A DNA stretch of 64,000 nucleotides from Veleropilina oligotropha (taxonomy: Eukaryota): positions 558,001-622,000 of the forward strand of contig JBEUKZ010000100.1 in the NCBI GenBank assembly GCA_048128005.1, in the 5' to 3' direction. Positions within the stretch are counted from its first letter, which is position 1. Every line of letters begins with the position of its first letter. Shown here in pieces: positions 61,423 through 64,000 of this stretch. The translations under genes and the position numbers were made by a program. The notes under the pieces were generated by a model that was given only the letters and a program-made list of their open reading frames with translations, was not told the origin of the DNA and searched no databases.

Positions 61423-64000
61423 TCATTTTCGGTTACATTCCAGACACGTTAAGCGCACGTTGTCGCGGATGTGGCCCCTGCTGTTGTCCACACGGTCGAC
61501 ACTGAACTGCTGTGTGTCTTTCGGGGCATATGCCCAGAGCAGCTCTATGTTGCATGCTGCGCAGCGGTTGTTTTGGGCGTCTTTGAGCTGCAGGATGTTA
61601 TCGACCTTGAGGTTAAATCCCTGGAGATCCTTTGCCTGGTCCTGGCGTTTGTACGCCACAAGCTTTTTCTGGATGGTCTTTCGAACCTGCTGCTCGGTTT
61701 GGGGCGGCCTGTCCTCAGCACCCTCATCCGGAGGACAGGTTACCCATTCGAGCTGATGCAGATGCTCCACCCGGGACACGGCTAGGTAGGCGAGATTACT
61801 CCACTGAAGGTAGTCATCGATGATCCAGACCCTCTGCGGGTCGTGAATCGTAAGACCCTGGCTCGAATGGATGGTGAGAGCATAGCCCAGGCGCCAATCC
61901 GTGGTCAGGATAGCCCTCTCAGCGGCGTCAATGGTGACCTCAACGACGTCGTTGAGAACTAGCTCCTCTCTTTCGTCGGTGCCCGGAATCGTTACCATGA
62001 TGTTTTGCTTACGGGTGTCCCTGGGGTGGTACAGGATAGGTACCAGGGAGTCTGGGAAGTGCTCCTTGTGCCTCTGGAGCAACAGCTGTTGAGCCCATTC
62101 GCGGACCTTCTGACGGCTGGTGAGGATTAGGTCGCCTGGCCTCCAGGTGTTGACGAACCGATCCCATCCAAGGCAGCTAGGGAGAGTCTTACGCAGTTCC
62201 CCGCACTGGACTTTGTCGGGCTGGAGACGTATCTGTCTTTTCAGGGCTTGGAGGGCAGGGTCGTCTTTCGCCCTGTAGTCTACTTCGATCTCTTCATAGT
62301 AATCCGCGGTCTGTCGCAGCCAATCGTGCGGCATCTCGCCCGTAATCGGTGGTGGCTGGCCTTGATCGCCACAGCAGATAACCTGAACTTCGTGGTGGCC
62401 CAGCCAGTCCAAGAACATATCGAGGATAGGCCGGGGAACAGTACAGACCTCGTCCCAGATAATGACGCGGGGGATGAACTTCTGACCCATGCGATCGGGC
62501 GTCCAGTCAGTCTGGCCGCTCCATCGGAAGAAGCTGTGGTAGGTCTGGGCTTTGACACCCCTGGTCCGCATCTCTTTAGCGAGGCGGTGGGTTGGCGTGA
62601 ACACGATGGGGTTTCTCGCCCGAAAGATCTCGATCGCTCTCGTAGTCTTGCCACAGCCCCCTCCACCGTTGAGGTAACTCAGGCGATGGTGGGTCAGTGT
62701 ATCATTGTAGCATGGCGCGGTGCTCGGCGGGAGGTCCTTTGCGGCACAACGATACTCTGGCTTGGGCAGGTATGCGGCATGTTCCTGTGGCAGGTACAGC
62801 TGTTCGCCCTTGTCACGCCACTGGGCTGGTGCTACTGGCGGAAGGTACGGCTCCCCGATCAGACAGGAGACGCACGATTTCTCGCCACAGTCGCAGAGCT
62901 GGGGGGCAACGTACGCCGCGACATCGTCGAGCTTCTCCAACGAGGCCTTCTTGAGGTAGATGCTGTCAGTGGCTACTCGGACAGCCTCGTCAGGGGTGAA
63001 ACGCTGAAGCATGCTCAAGAGGTTTATGTGGGCATAGGCCAGCATCGAGGCCCTCAGGTGGGCGTACTGTGGCTGAGAGCCATCATAGTACGTGAGGATG
63101 TGACCGAGGGGGCATCTCTGAGGAGCGCCAACCAGGGTGCCGCTTTGGCGGGTGTCTCTTACGAGGAAGTCGAGCTCCCCCTGGTCGGTCACCAGTCTAC
63201 GAGTCAATCGCTTTCCGTCAGCTTTGGCACCTTGGGTGAATTTGCCGATGATACTGCAGCCCTGGTCACGGTTCTCAGGAAGCCAGACATCGGTCTGCTT
63301 TCTGAATGCGATGATGGCTTCTCGGATCTTGAGGCTTTTTAGCAGTCCAGAGTCTACGAGGAAGGCGAGCAGTGGGGTCGGTGCCCAGCCATTCTCTGCA
63401 AAGTGCTTTCCGAACCAGGCGGGAATGACGGGGTGGATGTCTTGTGCGAACTCCCATTCCACGACCTCGGCAAACCCAGTCCCGATTTCTTGGGGAAGAG
63501 GACCGTTAATTGCGACTCGAGTCATGCTGTTGGTTGGGTGTCCGAATCTTTCGAAGTATGGCTTAGCCTCGCCCTTCCCCTGAAAGCTGGCAGGGTAGCA
63601 GGCTTTCATATCGACACAGACGACATCTCTCGTATCATAGCTCATGGAATTCCACAGGCCACCGTGACCATGCTCCACGCAGGCCTTCTGGATATCATCG
63701 AGCAGGCCCGCTGGGGTCGGCTTCCAGCCGTTCTTCTCCTTGGCCATAATGCTAGCTGCATGGTTCTCGCCAAAGGCTCGATCGGCAAGAGACTCATTCC
63801 CCAGCGCTGTACAGGCTTCTTGGAGTATCTCGTGAGTCTCTTTCGTCCTGTATGTGCGGCCGTCCTGCAGCACGAACTGGTTCACGCTGAGCTGTCGGTC
63901 TGTACCGCCAAGGAGCCAGACAGCCAATGGCTCATTATGTGTGGCTTGTCGGATAGCTTCCCAGACATCGCCCTCATACAGGTGGACCTCGCGAGACTGC
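61423..64000 (-). CDS. Fused divergent family-B DNA polymerase, SF1 (Pif1/RecD-like) helicase and HNH-like domain; 5' end beyond window
   Basis: Pol motifs DMKACYP, RDQGCSIIGKF, VATDSIY; helicase motifs GGGGCGKTT, WDEV, GDQGQPPP, YALTIHSSQG, YLAVSR; C-terminal CAAC...DRVDNSRGH..DNV..CLECN. Frame stays open from 63927 to the window edge. Confidence 0.88.
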   Translation of the reverse strand, partial: QSREVHLYEGDVWEAIRQATHNEPLAVWLLGGTDRQLSVNQFVLQDGRTYRTKETHEILQEACTALGNESLADRAFGENHAASIMAKEKNGWKPTPAGLLDDIQKACVEHGHGGLWNSMSYDTRDVVCVDMKACYPASFQGKGEAKPYFERFGHPTNSMTRVAINGPLPQEIGTGFAEVVEWEFAQDIHPVIPAWFGKHFAENGWAPTPLLAFLVDSGLLKSLKIREAIIAFRKQTDVWLPENRDQGCSIIGKFTQGAKADGKRLTRRLVTDQGELDFLVRDTRQSGTLVGAPQRCPLGHILTYYDGSQPQYAHLRASMLAYAHINLLSMLQRFTPDEAVRVATDSIYLKKASLEKLDDVAAYVAPQLCDCGEKSCVSCLIGEPYLPPVAPAQWRDKGEQLYLPQEHAAYLPKPEYRCAAKDLPPSTAPCYNDTLTHHRLSYLNGGGGCGKTTRAIEIFRARNPIVFTPTHRLAKEMRTRGVKAQTYHSFFRWSGQTDWTPDRMGQKFIPRVIIWDEVCTVPRPILDMFLDWLGHHEVQVICCGDQGQPPPITGEMPHDWLRQTADYYEEIEVDYRAKDDPALQALKRQIRLQPDKVQCGELRKTLPSCLGWDRFVNTWRPGDLILTSRQKVREWAQQLLLQRHKEHFPDSLVPILYHPRDTRKQNIMVTIPGTDEREELVLNDVVEVTIDAAERAILTTDWRLGYALTIHSSQGLTIHDPQRVWIIDDYLQWSNLAYLAVSRVEHLHQLEWVTCPPDEGAEDRPPQTEQQVRKTIQKKLVAYKRQDQAKDLQGFNLKVDNILQLKDAQNNRCAACNIELLWAYAPKDTQQFSVDRVDNSRGHIRDNVRLTCLECNRK

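Larger units (their letters stand above)
50619..64000. mobile_element. Endogenous Polinton-like virus, near-intact, continues past window end
   Basis: Abrupt shift to GC-rich, intronless, abutting ORFs; major capsid, penton, A32 ATPase, rve integrase and PolB-helicase fusion. Left boundary tentative. Confidence 0.9.

Noticed and set aside
61423..62700. Helitron Rep-helicase
   Set aside because: The SF1 helicase is preceded by PolB-like motifs rather than HUH Rep motifs and sits among capsid genes.
62248..63583. Long plus-strand ORFs (364 aa, 148 aa) and other antisense ORFs in the viral region
   Set aside because: Shadow ORFs of GC-rich coding sequence with no recognisable motifs.
50619..64000. 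Bacterial prophage or contaminant
   Set aside because: Polinton-type rve integrase, penton and A32 ATPase, no tail, terminase or portal genes, and contiguity with eukaryotic repeats; read-level support for the junction still needs checking.

Overview
AT-rich, repeat-dense eukaryotic DNA, probably from a marine invertebrate such as a lophotrochozoan; this is inferred only from the repeat types. Host content: one complete 4-exon SLC16/MCT-like MFS transporter gene on the minus strand (29147 to 6115, 426 aa reconstructed by hand) and the orphan last exon of a tandem paralogue (30046-30191). The ~14.8-kb last intron of the transporter contains a decayed canonical Maverick/Polinton (integrase with chromodomain, penton, major capsid protein, protease, ATPase), itself interrupted by MULE, HINE-like and Crypton-like insertions. 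Kolobok-like, Academ-like, LINE and Gypsy remnants fill much of the rest. From ~50.6 kb to the window end the sequence becomes GC-rich, intronless and gene-dense. This part is a near-intact endogenous Polinton-like virus of a different lineage. It encodes a putative double-jelly-roll major capsid protein, a penton, an A32/FtsK ATPase, an rve integrase, about seven predicted membrane proteins, a secreted Cys-rich protein, and one large protein fusing a divergent family-B DNA polymerase, an SF1 (Pif1/RecD-like) helicase and an HNH-like domain, which runs off the window edge. All family assignments come from motif recognition by eye; no database search was run.
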